In this document: positions 32,781-43,265 of the stretch, one piece after another | Layout of the letters: each line of letters opens with the position of its first letter | Position numbering within the stretch: the stretch's first letter is position 1 | Source of the DNA: Nitrospirales bacterium | GTDB taxonomy: Bacteria; Nitrospirota; Nitrospiria; Nitrospirales; UBA8639 | Assembly (NCBI GenBank): GCA_965203295.1 | Contig: CBDBCZ010000019.1 | Coordinates: 992,001-1,056,000 of the forward strand | Length of the DNA stretch: 64,000 nucleotides | Direction of reading: 5' to 3' | The notes under the pieces: generated by a model | What the model was told of the DNA's origin: nothing | The model's database searches: none | What the model saw: only the letters and a program-made list of their open reading frames with translations | Translations under genes and position numbers: made by a program

Positions 32781-34607
32781 ATGGCACACAATTTTTTCTT
32801 AAGCGGTTTGGAGCGCAATCTGTCGAAATTTTCAAAGAGATGGAGACATGTTCTTAGCCGAGGTTCAGGTTCCGCAGGGTTGATTCTGTTGTGTCTGGGG
32901 TTGTCGTCTTGCGCTCAACAAGCAGATTTGGTCCGCGTTCAAAAGGAATTTCAAGTCAAAACGGCTAAGCTCGATCGTGAGAAGAAGGAGCTTGAACAAA
33001 CCGTGCAAGATACCAGCGTAGAGTCCCAAAAGGACCGCGATGAACTCAAATCAGAATTGGCTCAATTATTGCGGCAAGCTGAAGCCCGGTTAAACAGTAA
33101 ACTGAAGAGTATCAGGGAAGAAATTTTAGCTGGAATCTCTAGTGACGTGGAAATTGAACGTCACCGAATCGATGAACTCGATCGGCGGTTGGATGAAGAG
33201 CGAGCAAACGTAGGAGGAGAAATCACTCAGCTAAGAGAATCTCTGGAACAACAGGGGAGTCAACAAAGTACCCAAATCACGGCTTTGGATCAGAAGATTG
33301 ACCAGCAGTTTACTCGACAAGGTGAGCAGACAAAAAAGCAAATGGAAAACTTTCAGCGATCATTTGTTGAGTTTAAGCAGGCCTTAGAGGCCGTGAAAGA
33401 TGCCCTAGGGGAAGAGAAGCAGCGAGCGACTCAAAAAACCGGTGATGTCGCTTCCAAACTGGAATCCACGTCTAAAGCCAATACTGAGCAATTTCAAAAA
33501 GTCAATCAAAGCCTCGAATCCATGAAGCAGGCGTTGAATGAATCGACAAGAGCCCTGAACTCTCGGCTCGATAGTCAGCGTGAGCATGTGGACAAGTTTC
33601 AGAATAAGGCCGAATTAAAGATGCAAACTGTTGAGCAAGATATGCAAGCGCATGGAAACCAGTTGAAGGAGGTGATCCATTCCATCACTCAAATCCGAGA
33701 TGTACTGGCTACCACTGGGACGACTCTAGGACAACAGGTCGATAAACAAACCCAACAGGTGAAGCAGATGGACACGCGGTTGGAACAACTGGAGACGGAA
33801 ACACACGGCCTGGACAAGAATATTCAAAGTTCTCATGCTCAATCCCAGGACCTCATCCAATCAATGACCCAACTCCGCGAAGCGTTAGCTTCGACTGGGC
33901 ATACATTGGGGACCCAGTCGGAGAAACAAGCTCAGTACATCAATACCTTACAAACACAACTTGAGCAGCTCGAAGCAAAGTCAGAGGGAGTTCGTCATGA
34001 TCTGGAAAGCAATAACACCCAACTGCAAGCGCTGACCCAGTCGATGGTGAAATTGCAGGAAGCACTCGCGAAGACGGGAAGCACGTTGGGGAAACAGGTT
34101 GAGAATCAAGTCAAGGAACTCAAGAATCAAGTAAAAGAACTCGACTCAACCACTCATCGATTGGCTCAACTTGAACAACATCAAAAGACATTATCCGATA
34201 AATTAGAAACCGACACCCAAGCCTTACGGGGTTATTTGGAGAAGGATGTGCAGTCGAGTATCCGGTCTGTTGTGGAAGAACTCCATCGGGTGGACCAATC
34301 TCTCTCAGTTCGTCTTCAGGAGCAAGAGCGTCAATTCGGACAGTCGACGAGTCATGTTCAGGAATCCCTGACGCAGATCAAGGGTGACGTGAACGCGAAC
34401 GTCGGTCACATGAATGAACTGACGAGAACGGTCGGACAGCTTCGGGAGGTGGTGGCCTCAATCGGAACGAAAATGGGGAAACGAGTCGATAAACATGACG
34501 AGATTCTGTCTCGGTTGGCGAAGGACTTGGAAAACATGAAAGGGCGACAGAAGACAAGCCAGGCGGGAAAGGTTCCACGAAAACACCGTGAAACTGTTGG
34601 CAGGTGA
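32781..34607 (+). CDS. large coiled-coil lipoprotein with 60-aa internal repeats
   Basis: LGLSSC lipobox (Cys codon 32910-32912); Q/E/K/L-rich heptads with no Pro until the C-terminal tail; repeats start at 33660, 33840 and 34020. Confidence 0.8.
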   Translation: MAHNFFLSGLERNLSKFSKRWRHVLSRGSGSAGLILLCLGLSSCAQQADLVRVQKEFQVKTAKLDREKKELEQTVQDTSVESQKDRDELKSELAQLLRQAEARLNSKLKSIREEILAGISSDVEIERHRIDELDRRLDEERANVGGEITQLRESLEQQGSQQSTQITALDQKIDQQFTRQGEQTKKQMENFQRSFVEFKQALEAVKDALGEEKQRATQKTGDVASKLESTSKANTEQFQKVNQSLESMKQALNESTRALNSRLDSQREHVDKFQNKAELKMQTVEQDMQAHGNQLKEVIHSITQIRDVLATTGTTLGQQVDKQTQQVKQMDTRLEQLETETHGLDKNIQSSHAQSQDLIQSMTQLREALASTGHTLGTQSEKQAQYINTLQTQLEQLEAKSEGVRHDLESNNTQLQALTQSMVKLQEALAKTGSTLGKQVENQVKELKNQVKELDSTTHRLAQLEQHQKTLSDKLETDTQALRGYLEKDVQSSIRSVVEELHRVDQSLSVRLQEQERQFGQSTSHVQESLTQIKGDVNANVGHMNELTRTVGQLREVVASIGTKMGKRVDKHDEILSRLAKDLENMKGRQKTSQAGKVPRKHRETVGR

Positions 34608-34650
34608 CTGTGCAGTCAGAGGAAAGAAAAGTCGTTGGACATAATATTGT

Positions 34651-35262
34651 ATGATAGTCTCAATTGGTCTGGTTGCTTGCCTGTGTTCTACGTTGAGTGA
34701 TTCGAACACAGGATTGATGAAGGAGGTTGAGAGATCCTTCCTATCAAAAGGATCAACCCTGGTTCAGATGCGATGGGAGCCTAGTCAATGGATGGCATAC
34801 CTGCAACGAAGGGCGGAGCCCGAGCCTGTGAAGACGCCGAACCTCGTCCTTGCGAAAGAGTCGTCGAATAAGAGATTGCGAAGCCAACGAATCACTCCTT
34901 CGAAGGCTTTCCGTCCAGCCTATATTGATTTCGTGAAAGGGAATTATGATCTCGCCATAGAAGGTTTCCGGCAGTTTATTAAGGATTACCCCAAGAGTTC
35001 CTTAGCTCAACAAGTCTATTATTATTTGGGTGAGGCCTATTACCATTCCCGTTCCTATACGTCAGCCGTCCAGACGTTTGAGACGCTTCACCGCAACTAC
35101 CCTAACAGTCGGCATGTTCCGTCGGCGCTCTTTAAGTTGGGGTTAATTATGGATGAGATGGAGAAAGGAAAGAAGGCGAGAGCCTATTGGCTGACCGTCA
35201 GTCGGAAGTATCCTCGATCCTCCGAAGCTCAGTTAGCTAAGCAAAAGTTAGCTAGGGAATAG
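34651..35262 (+). CDS. cpoB: CpoB/YbgF-like TPR protein
   Basis: AY-x-x-F-x-x-GNY-x-x-AI-x-x-F-x-x-FIKDYPKS and ALFKLG TPR pattern; last gene of the Tol cluster. Confidence 0.75.
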   Translation: MIVSIGLVACLCSTLSDSNTGLMKEVERSFLSKGSTLVQMRWEPSQWMAYLQRRAEPEPVKTPNLVLAKESSNKRLRSQRITPSKAFRPAYIDFVKGNYDLAIEGFRQFIKDYPKSSLAQQVYYYLGEAYYHSRSYTSAVQTFETLHRNYPNSRHVPSALFKLGLIMDEMEKGKKARAYWLTVSRKYPRSSEAQLAKQKLARE

Positions 35263-35315
35263 GTGCTCTTTTTTTAAAGGCTCGAATGATGAGATGACTC
35301 TGAACAGGATAGCCG

Positions 35316-37130
35316 ATGAAGGAAGAACAGCCTAACAGGACAATCCACATCCTCCCCGATGTAGTTGCCACGCGTATCGCTGCGGGCGAAGTCGTGGAAC
35401 GACCAGCGGCTGTAGTTCGGGAGTTGGTGGATAATAGCCTGGATGCAGGTAGTACGATGGTCAGAATCGATGTGGAGGAGGGAGGGAAACGGTTGATTCG
35501 AGTCACGGATGATGGCGAAGGCATGAATGCATCTGATGCCCCAATAGCGTGTCGGCGCTTCGCAACAAGTAAATTGAGCACTGAAGATGATTTGTTTGGG
35601 ATTCGAACGTTTGGATTCCGAGGAGAAGCTCTGCCGAGTATTGCTGCTGTTTCCCGCTTTCGGCTTCTCACTGCCTGTCGTGGTGAGACGCTTGGCACTT
35701 CCGTTCAGATTGAAGGAGGAGGGGAATCGGTTTTGGGTCGAGAAGCCACATCGTCAGGGACACAGGTTGAAGTCCGCAATTTATTTTTTAACACACCAGG
35801 CCGGCAAAAATTTCTAAAGTCGACATCGACGGAATTCTCTCATATTTGTCAGGTTGTTCAGCAAGCCGCCTTGGCCCGCCACAAGACGCATTTTCGGTTA
35901 CTGCATAAGAATCGTCTTGTGTTAGAGTTCTCTTCAGTTCCAACGAAAGCTGATCGAATTTTACAACTGTATAGGGGAACATTTGTGGAATCCGCCTTTC
36001 CAATCAGTATGGAGGGAAGTGGACTTCAAGTGGAGGGGATGACCGTCAGCCCGTATTTCGCTCGGACGTCCCGAATTCCTCAGGATATTTTTGTGAACGA
36101 CCGTCCTGTCAAAAACGCGACGATTTTGCACGCTGCGTATGAGGCCTATTCCTCTTTCCTTCCTAAGGGGCGCCATCCCGTCTTTGTCATCTTTGTCAAG
36201 ATAGATCCGACTCAGGTGGATGTGAATGTGCATCCCGCTAAACGAGAGGTGAAATTTGCTCAGTCGGATATGGTCCATCAATTGGTCAAGGAGGCCGTTC
36301 GACGTCCGTTGCACCAACAAGGAGTCGGTTTTTCTCAGCCTGGCACTATTTCAGAGCAACAGATGCCTTCTTCTCAGAGCGAAGTATCCGGAAGGGCAGG
36401 GGATTCTCACTCGTTTGGCTTAAAATGGGGATCAGTTGAGGGATCAACGGTTCCAGCCAGCGCTTATGAAACCCAAGGATCATCTCCAATTCCTAAGGCC
36501 CATGGTGGAGGAACGGTCCATGATTCCCTTCAACAGTATGAACTTCAAAAAATCCAGGACGTTATCGTGTTGGGCCAAGTGAATCGAACATTTCTTATTG
36601 CTCAAGTGGACTCTCTCTTTTATGTTTTTGACCAACATACGATTCATGAACGGGTGCTGTATGAACGGTTATGGCGAGGATGGCTTCAACAAGAAATTCC
36701 GAGTCAGCCTCTTCTCATTCCTGAACCTGTTGATTTGCCTCCTCATGCAGCCGTGTTATTGTCAAACTATCTCAAGGATTTGGCTCTGGTGGGTCTGGAA
36801 ATTGAGCCTTTTGGGGCCCATTCATTTATCATTCGATCTGTCCCTTCACTTCTTGGTACATGCGACTATGGTGCCTTAGTGGCTGATCTGTTAGATGATC
36901 TCAGTAAGTGGGAGAATCTGCAATCGTTGGAAGAAAAGGTGAAGCAGATTTTTGCGTCGATGGCTTGTCAAGGAGCGGTTCAGGCTGGCCGTTCGATGGA
37001 ACATTCTGAAATCAAGCAGGTTATTGAAGATTGGATTGGAGAAGGGAATCCAATGACGTGCCCTCATGGACGGCGTGTCGCGATGCGCTTTTCCATGGAC
37101 GAGTTACACCATATTTTTGGACGGTCTTGA
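35316..37130 (+). CDS. mutL: DNA mismatch repair endonuclease MutL
   Basis: IAAGEVVERP, GFRGEAL, DVNVHPAK, DQH-x-x-HER and CPHGR motifs. Confidence 0.96.
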   Translation: MKEEQPNRTIHILPDVVATRIAAGEVVERPAAVVRELVDNSLDAGSTMVRIDVEEGGKRLIRVTDDGEGMNASDAPIACRRFATSKLSTEDDLFGIRTFGFRGEALPSIAAVSRFRLLTACRGETLGTSVQIEGGGESVLGREATSSGTQVEVRNLFFNTPGRQKFLKSTSTEFSHICQVVQQAALARHKTHFRLLHKNRLVLEFSSVPTKADRILQLYRGTFVESAFPISMEGSGLQVEGMTVSPYFARTSRIPQDIFVNDRPVKNATILHAAYEAYSSFLPKGRHPVFVIFVKIDPTQVDVNVHPAKREVKFAQSDMVHQLVKEAVRRPLHQQGVGFSQPGTISEQQMPSSQSEVSGRAGDSHSFGLKWGSVEGSTVPASAYETQGSSPIPKAHGGGTVHDSLQQYELQKIQDVIVLGQVNRTFLIAQVDSLFYVFDQHTIHERVLYERLWRGWLQQEIPSQPLLIPEPVDLPPHAAVLLSNYLKDLALVGLEIEPFGAHSFIIRSVPSLLGTCDYGALVADLLDDLSKWENLQSLEEKVKQIFASMACQGAVQAGRSMEHSEIKQVIEDWIGEGNPMTCPHGRRVAMRFSMDELHHIFGRS

Positions 37131-37132
37131 AA

Positions 37133-38158
37133 ATGGGGATGCTGGAAGCCAACGTCAGGCCTATAAAATGTGGGCAAAATGTGCTGATCACTGAAAAACC
37201 TTTGATCGTTCTTGTTGGTCCGACAGCTATTGGAAAAAGTCGAATTGCGATTCATGTGGCCAAGCAGCTGGGTACGGAAATTTTGACTGCGGATTCCACG
37301 CAGGTCTACCGTGGCATGGACATTGGGACTGATAAACCTTCTCTCACAGAACAGGAGGAAGTGGCTCATCGTCTCATCAATCTTGTGAATCCCGATGAAC
37401 CCTTCAATGCAGGTGAATACCGTCGATTAGCCATAAAGGAAATTGAGCGATTGTACGAGAATGGATGTCTTCCGTTCGTCGTGGGGGGAACTGGTCTGTA
37501 TGTTCGGGTGTTGGTCCGTGGAATCTGGTCGGGTCCTCCCGTGGATTGGTCCATACGGTATCAACTGGAAGAAGAAAGCCGCCAAAGGGGAATGGAAGAT
37601 CTCTATCGGGAGTTGAGCGCAGTCGATCCAGACTCTGCTCGTCAACTCCATCCGAATGATCGGGTCAAAGTCTTGCGAGCGCTTGAGGTCTATCGTCAAA
37701 TGGGAGTGCCCCGCTCGCAAGCCCATCAACGACACGGGTTTCAGGATTGTCCTTTTCGACTTCTCTTCATAGGTCTTTCTATGAATCGACAAAGTCTCTA
37801 TGAACGTATTGAGGCTCGTGTGGAGCTTGAATTGTCCAAGGGATTGGTTCAAGAGACTCAAACACTCTTACACAAGAGGTTTTCCCGGGACTTGACCTCC
37901 ATGAAAAGTCTCGGGTATCGGCAAATGGCCAGTTACCTTGTTGGTGAATGTGATTACCAAGAAGCTGTCAGGCGTCTCAAACGGGATACTCGGCATTTCG
38001 CAAAGCGGCAATTGACCTGGTTTCGAAAAGAACCGGACATCGAATGGCTCGAATTAGCAGAGGAGGATCAACCAGAAAACGTTGCGAGCCGAATCCTGGC
38101 GCGAATCGAGAAGTTCTATGTGCAGTTGTCGAAACGTGATGGTGTTCATTCTCTCTAA
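37133..38158 (+). CDS. miaA: tRNA dimethylallyltransferase (start uncertain; alternative GTG at 37181)
   Basis: GPTAIGKS, DSTQVYRGMDIGTDK, GGTGLY and AKRQLTWF motifs. Confidence 0.95.
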   Translation: MGMLEANVRPIKCGQNVLITEKPLIVLVGPTAIGKSRIAIHVAKQLGTEILTADSTQVYRGMDIGTDKPSLTEQEEVAHRLINLVNPDEPFNAGEYRRLAIKEIERLYENGCLPFVVGGTGLYVRVLVRGIWSGPPVDWSIRYQLEEESRQRGMEDLYRELSAVDPDSARQLHPNDRVKVLRALEVYRQMGVPRSQAHQRHGFQDCPFRLLFIGLSMNRQSLYERIEARVELELSKGLVQETQTLLHKRFSRDLTSMKSLGYRQMASYLVGECDYQEAVRRLKRDTRHFAKRQLTWFRKEPDIEWLELAEEDQPENVASRILARIEKFYVQLSKRDGVHSL

Positions 38159-38233
38159 CGTCCATAGCGCTGGATGCCCTTTCTCAGGATGTGAGAGGAA
38201 GCGAATAAAGAATTGAGATGGTGAGTCATAGGC

Positions 38234-39130
38234 ATGAGAAAAAACACACAAGCTGAAATTGCGGTGATTGGGGGCAGTGGGCTTTATGAAATGGAAAGGC
38301 TCAAGGATATTCGTGAAGTACGCCCTTCGACACCGTTTGGGCGTCCTTCTGCTGCCCTGGTTCTTGGAAACCTTCAAGGGAGACGAGTGGCGTTTCTGTC
38401 AAGACATGGACGTGGGCACCGAATCAGTCCGTCGGCCATTAATTATCGAGCTAATATTTATGCGTTGAAATCTGTCGGGGTCAGACAAATTTTTTCGGTG
38501 AGCGCGGTGGGGAGTATGAAGGAAACGATTAGGCCAGGGGACATGGTTTTGCCTGATCAATTTATCGATCGTACACAGCATCGTATCTCGACTTTTTTCG
38601 ATCAAGGGGTTGTCGCACATGTAGCCTTTGCCGACCCCCTTTGTCAGACCCTCTCCACGTTGTTAAGGAAAGCTGCACAAGAGGTTGGTGTCACGGTTCA
38701 TAAAGGCGGAACCTATTTATGTATAGAGGGCCTGCAATTTTCTACTCGTGCTGAATCCTTCCTCTATCGGCGGTGGGGAGTTGAAATTATCGGGATGACG
38801 AACCTTCCCGAGGCTAAGCTTGCTCGTGAAGCGGAGATGTGTTATGCCACCCTCGCCTTAGTCACAGATTATGATTGTTGGCACGAGAGTGAAGAGGCCG
38901 TCTCCGTTGGAGCCATTTTACAGATCATGCATCACAATGTGTTAATGGCAAAGCAGGTGTTGAGACGAGCGATCTCGTGGGTTCCCAAGGCAGAGGTGTG
39001 TCCATGCATGACGGCCCTGGACCAGGCCGTTGTCTCTTCCCTCAAGGGTCTCCCCAAGACAACAAAACAACGCTATCACCTCCTGCTCGGTCGGTATCTT
39101 CAAAAATCCCAGAAAAAGAAAGGACGTTGA
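38234..39130 (+). CDS. mtnP: S-methyl-5'-thioadenosine phosphorylase
   Basis: IGGSGLY, RHG, DQFIDRT, GMTNLPEAKLAREAE and VTDYDCW motifs. Confidence 0.92.
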   Translation: MRKNTQAEIAVIGGSGLYEMERLKDIREVRPSTPFGRPSAALVLGNLQGRRVAFLSRHGRGHRISPSAINYRANIYALKSVGVRQIFSVSAVGSMKETIRPGDMVLPDQFIDRTQHRISTFFDQGVVAHVAFADPLCQTLSTLLRKAAQEVGVTVHKGGTYLCIEGLQFSTRAESFLYRRWGVEIIGMTNLPEAKLAREAEMCYATLALVTDYDCWHESEEAVSVGAILQIMHHNVLMAKQVLRRAISWVPKAEVCPCMTALDQAVVSSLKGLPKTTKQRYHLLLGRYLQKSQKKKGR

Positions 39131-39134
39131 TCAA

Positions 39135-40052
39135 ATGGGAAGATTGTTAGTTGTTGGGTCAATGGCGTTTGATACGGTACGAACCCCTTTTGGTGAGGCG
39201 ACGGAGGTGTTGGGAGGATCAGCCACCTATTTTGCCACTTCGGCCAGTTTTTTTACGGGTGTCGACTTGATTGCTGTTATGGGAGAAGACTTCCCTGAAC
39301 AACATCTGGAATTCCTCAAAAGCCGAGGAATTGATCTCACTGGTCTGGAGCGTCAAAAGGGAGCTACATTCCGGTGGCGTGGTGAATATACCTATCAATT
39401 AAACGAGGCACATACACTGGATACCCAATTGAATGTGTTGGAGACGTTTCGCCCCAAAATACCTGAGTCCTACCGAACTCCCGATATGTTGTTTCTGGGA
39501 AATATTGATCCGGAACTGCAACTCGACGTTCTCAAGCAAGTCAAACGTCCTAGGATCGTAGCCTGCGATACCATGAATTTTTGGATTGATGGGAAACGTG
39601 AGGCTCTCTGGCGAGTATTAGAAGAGGTGGATGTCTTGCTGATCAACGATGGTGAAGCGCGTGCATTGGGTCAAGATTCTAATCTCGTGAAGGTCGCCCA
39701 ACACGTATTAAGCAAGGGCCCTAAGCACCTCATTATTAAACGTGGAGAATACGGTGTACTCATGTTTCATCAGAACAAAGTGTTTGGAGCGCCTGCCTAT
39801 CCCCTGGAGATGGTGAAAGATCCCACAGGCGCAGGAGATACCTTTGCTGGGGGGTTCATGGGGCACCTGACTGCGACTGGAGATTTTTCCGATGTGGGTC
39901 TGCGACGAGCCGTGGTTTTTGGGAGTGTGATGGCATCCTTTACCGTTGAGACGTTCAGTCTTGACCGTCTCCGGTCTTTGACAATTCAGGAAGTCAAGAC
40001 TCGGTTTAGCGACTTTAAACGCCTGACACACTTTGAGGATCTGACTCAATAA
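39135..40052 (+). CDS. PfkB-family carbohydrate/nucleoside kinase
   Basis: LGGSATY and DPTGAGDTFAGG PfkB signature. Confidence 0.9.
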   Translation: MGRLLVVGSMAFDTVRTPFGEATEVLGGSATYFATSASFFTGVDLIAVMGEDFPEQHLEFLKSRGIDLTGLERQKGATFRWRGEYTYQLNEAHTLDTQLNVLETFRPKIPESYRTPDMLFLGNIDPELQLDVLKQVKRPRIVACDTMNFWIDGKREALWRVLEEVDVLLINDGEARALGQDSNLVKVAQHVLSKGPKHLIIKRGEYGVLMFHQNKVFGAPAYPLEMVKDPTGAGDTFAGGFMGHLTATGDFSDVGLRRAVVFGSVMASFTVETFSLDRLRSLTIQEVKTRFSDFKRLTHFEDLTQ

Positions 40053-40211
40053 CATGCCATGCCTTTTGGAAAATAGTATGGGTTCTTGAAGGCCTGACTT
40101 GAATGACGAGCTCGAACATTAGCTATTCCAGTTGTCATCATTGTCTAGGACAACGTTTTTAGGAGATTTTGACGTGATAGTCGGGTGTGTGAAAGAAAGA
40201 GCAAGAGAGTC

Positions 40212-41060
40212 GTGACAGCGTCAGTTGGTGAATATTTAAAACAGGCGAGAGAGTCCCAGGGGCTCACGTTGGAGCAGGCTGCCTTACTCACGAAGATTCA
40301 GCAGCCATTCCTCCAGGCGTTGGAGGAAGAGAATTTCTCAGGGTTACCGGAACAGGTGTTTACGAAGGGGTTTGTGCGGACCTATGCCCGATCACTCAAG
40401 GCTGATGAAGGAGAAGCCTTACGTCGGTTTTCAGAAACAGCCAGTTCATATTATTCACAAGGTGAAGATGACAGACGCAAAGTCTTGAAGCAAATCGAGG
40501 ATGAACGACGAGGGAAACTCAATCGAAATGTTGTCATGGTAGTCACCGGAACCATGTTGATTGGATTGGTTTATGTCTTGCCGCTTCAACAATCGGGGTC
40601 TCCGCCATCTGATACCACCAATCAAACGAAGTCATCGCCTGTTCCCTCTAAACAAACAGTGGTTTCAAAACCGGATCTTTCTGGAGGCAGGGTAACTCAC
40701 GATGATCGAGGTTTTCGGGTTTCTGGTTCAAACCGACTCTCAGCGACCGTCGAATCGGGAAGCCAGGGCCAGCAGGTCATAGCCCCCCCCAGTTCTGAGA
40801 TTTCAGAGTCTCAGGCTCATGGAGATCTCGTGCTTGAACTTCAAGCGGCCGAAATTACCTGGGTCATCGTTCAGTCAGATGAGGGGGAGCCTCGTGAAGC
40901 TCTTCTCCAGCAAGGTGAAACTGCCAGATGGAGAGCAGCGGAACGCTTTATTCTCACATTAGGGAATGCTGGAGGGGTGTCAGTAAAATTAAACGGTATT
41001 CCCCAAGGGCCATTTGGAGAATCTGGAGTTGTCGTGCGAGACCTTGAAATCAAACCATAG
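40212..41060 (+). CDS. rodZ: RodZ-like cell-shape protein (HTH - TM - DUF4115)
   Basis: GEYLKQARE...KGFVRTYA HTH; TM helix; LGNAGGV-x-V-x-LNG C-terminal motif. Confidence 0.85.
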   Translation: MTASVGEYLKQARESQGLTLEQAALLTKIQQPFLQALEEENFSGLPEQVFTKGFVRTYARSLKADEGEALRRFSETASSYYSQGEDDRRKVLKQIEDERRGKLNRNVVMVVTGTMLIGLVYVLPLQQSGSPPSDTTNQTKSSPVPSKQTVVSKPDLSGGRVTHDDRGFRVSGSNRLSATVESGSQGQQVIAPPSSEISESQAHGDLVLELQAAEITWVIVQSDEGEPREALLQQGETARWRAAERFILTLGNAGGVSVKLNGIPQGPFGESGVVVRDLEIKP

Positions 41061-41068
41061 GACCTCTT

Positions 41069-41533
41069 GTGGATCAGAATCAAGAAATCTTTGATACAAA
41101 GTCTCGGGTCGCTGAGCAAGAAGAGCAACGCGTACTCGTTGAACAATTAATACATACCGCCCGTCAGGCTATCCAGTTTGCTGTCGTTCCCTCTTCCCAG
41201 TTTCGGGTTGGAGCGGCAATTCAGTCAGCCGATGGGAGCGTGTTTAACGGCTGTAACATTGAAAGCCCTGTGTATTTAGGAATTTGTGCCGAACGAATCG
41301 CCTTGTTTAAGGCTCTGTCGGAAGGTGCTCAAGAATTTAAGTATCTGGCTGTTGTGTGCGAGGACAACATTTCATGTGTGCCGTGTGGGACCTATCGTCA
41401 ATTACTCTGGGAGTTCGCTCCTTCTCTCAATATCATTGTTCTGAATGAAGGCGGTACTCTCTCGATCCTTCCTATTTTGGATCTTCTCCCTTCTCCGTTT
41501 GAACGAGGAGAACGGGATCCATTTCGAAAGTAG
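41069..41533 (+). CDS. cdd: cytidine deaminase homolog lacking one zinc-ligand Cys (PCGTYRQ)
   Basis: FRVGAA, GCNIE and CAER present; canonical PCG-x-CRQ reads PCGTYRQ. Confidence 0.82.
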   Translation: MDQNQEIFDTKSRVAEQEEQRVLVEQLIHTARQAIQFAVVPSSQFRVGAAIQSADGSVFNGCNIESPVYLGICAERIALFKALSEGAQEFKYLAVVCEDNISCVPCGTYRQLLWEFAPSLNIIVLNEGGTLSILPILDLLPSPFERGERDPFRK

Positions 41534-41716
41534 TCCCCACTCCATTGTTCCGCTCCGGATTTCGGTTTACTCATCTATCATCACAAGCTTCATATCCTAT
41601 ATAACCCCTTCCATAAAGTTTCTTGAGTGGAATAATACTCTCCAGATTGAAACTTCTGAAGATTATTTTGGACAAGAGGACTATACCTTAATAAAATAGA
41701 CTCTTCTCAATGGCTT

Positions 41717-43084
41717 ATGATGCAAAGCATCTCAAATAGCGATCTGTGGATATCGTCACATTTTGTGAAAAATCAAAAGAAAAACCGTAGCGGATTTCTC
41801 CTTGGCGTCGTGATTATTCTGGTTATTGGTGTCATTGGTCCACGGATAAGCTGGGCCCAGGTTTCGGAAATTTCTTTTCCCTTTACGAGCGCCACAAGAC
41901 CGCAGGGGTATGCCAACTTTAATCGCTTACTGACGGAAGGTGGAATTCGTCTTGGTTCGATCATACTCCATCCGCATTTAGGCCTCGGGTCGGGTTATAT
42001 GGATAATGCCTTTCGAACAGAGACAAACAGGGAGCATGATTTTGTGTATGTCGTCTCCCCAGGGATTCAAGTGCAGGTTCCCTTTGCCGGAAGAAAACAT
42101 CAGTTTGTCGTTGACTACTGGGCAACGCAATTAATTTATGAGAGGTTTCCTGAGAATGATGGGATATTTCAGAAGGCAACAGGAAGGCTGATGTTCAATT
42201 TCCCGTCTGGGTTAAAAATGGATCTGCAAGGGGGGCACACAACAGGGATAATATCCAGAGGGGCGGTCTTAGATGTGGGGGCGCAAGAGCCAACGAAATG
42301 GAATACCAATACGTTCATTGGTTCGGCTGAAACCTTGGGTTCTTGGGCAGGGGTCCGCATGACGGCTGACTTCACTGATTGGAATTTTGAAAACAACGAC
42401 CAAGCTGCCCCTCAAGACCGGAACACCTATAGAGCGAATTTGACTTTTTTCGGATCAATCACACCCAAAACCTTCGCCCTTTTGGATTTCGACGTAGAAA
42501 AAAGTAATTATGATAAAAACATACAGAATGACAACTTTCAGTGGGGTGTGAATACAGGGATCCGGTTGAGTCCCACGGGAAAGACAACAGGAGAAATTTG
42601 AGCTGGATATGCATTTTTGACATTCGAAATGCGCCAGTCTCATCGGCTCCTCCAGGATTGAGTACAGGAGGATCAAATTCGCCACTTTTTAATTTCCGAG
42701 GCAAGCTTGTGTGGAAACCTACTTCTCGGTTAACCGTCGATTTGCGGCCAAGTAGAAAGTTTCAACAATCAGGGGTGAATAATACATCAGTATTTACTCA
42801 GACAGAGGTTTGGCTCGAGGTCACTCAAAAGATGGGGTCCCGCACAAGCCTTACTGGAACGTACCAGTTTAATCTGGATGAATTTGATGACCCTCAGATG
42901 ATTGATGGTCAGACAGATATACGAACAGACCACTTCCATCGGGCCACTATTGAAGTGCAATACGAAACCCTTAGGTGGCTTGGCTTGATCGTTCGATATG
43001 CACATGCCCGAAGAACTTCAACCTTTAGTAGCTTGGAATTTTATGCCAATACAAATAGGTGTTGGGCTTCAAGGCGCGTTTTAA
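41717..43084 (+). pseudogene. outer-membrane beta-barrel protein (exopolysaccharide-locus type) with an in-frame TGA and two frameshifts
   Basis: Signal peptide and amphipathic strands; GEI*AGYAFLTF (TGA 42599-42601), frameshift at ~42625 into RNAPV..., second frameshift at ~43054 giving NTIGVGLQGAF-stop with terminal Phe. Confidence 0.75.
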
Positions 43085-43265
43085 CGAAATTGTAGGTATT
43101 CAAATGGCATGCTGGGCATAAAACGACTGAAGAAAACTTCGGAATCAGCACTAGCAGCACAGAATGTGTTTTCACATCATGCAACCTCTTAATATTATTG
43201 AGAAAGTTCTAGATATAGGTTGAATGTTTCAGTTGATTCCCTCGATTCCTCATGGACCTATTTTC

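Noticed and set aside
34560..34660. Simple frameshift fusing the coiled-coil lipoprotein to the TPR ORF
   Set aside because: Stops lie on both sides of the gap and the TPR ORF starts with its own hydrophobic signal-like segment; not fully excluded without orthologs
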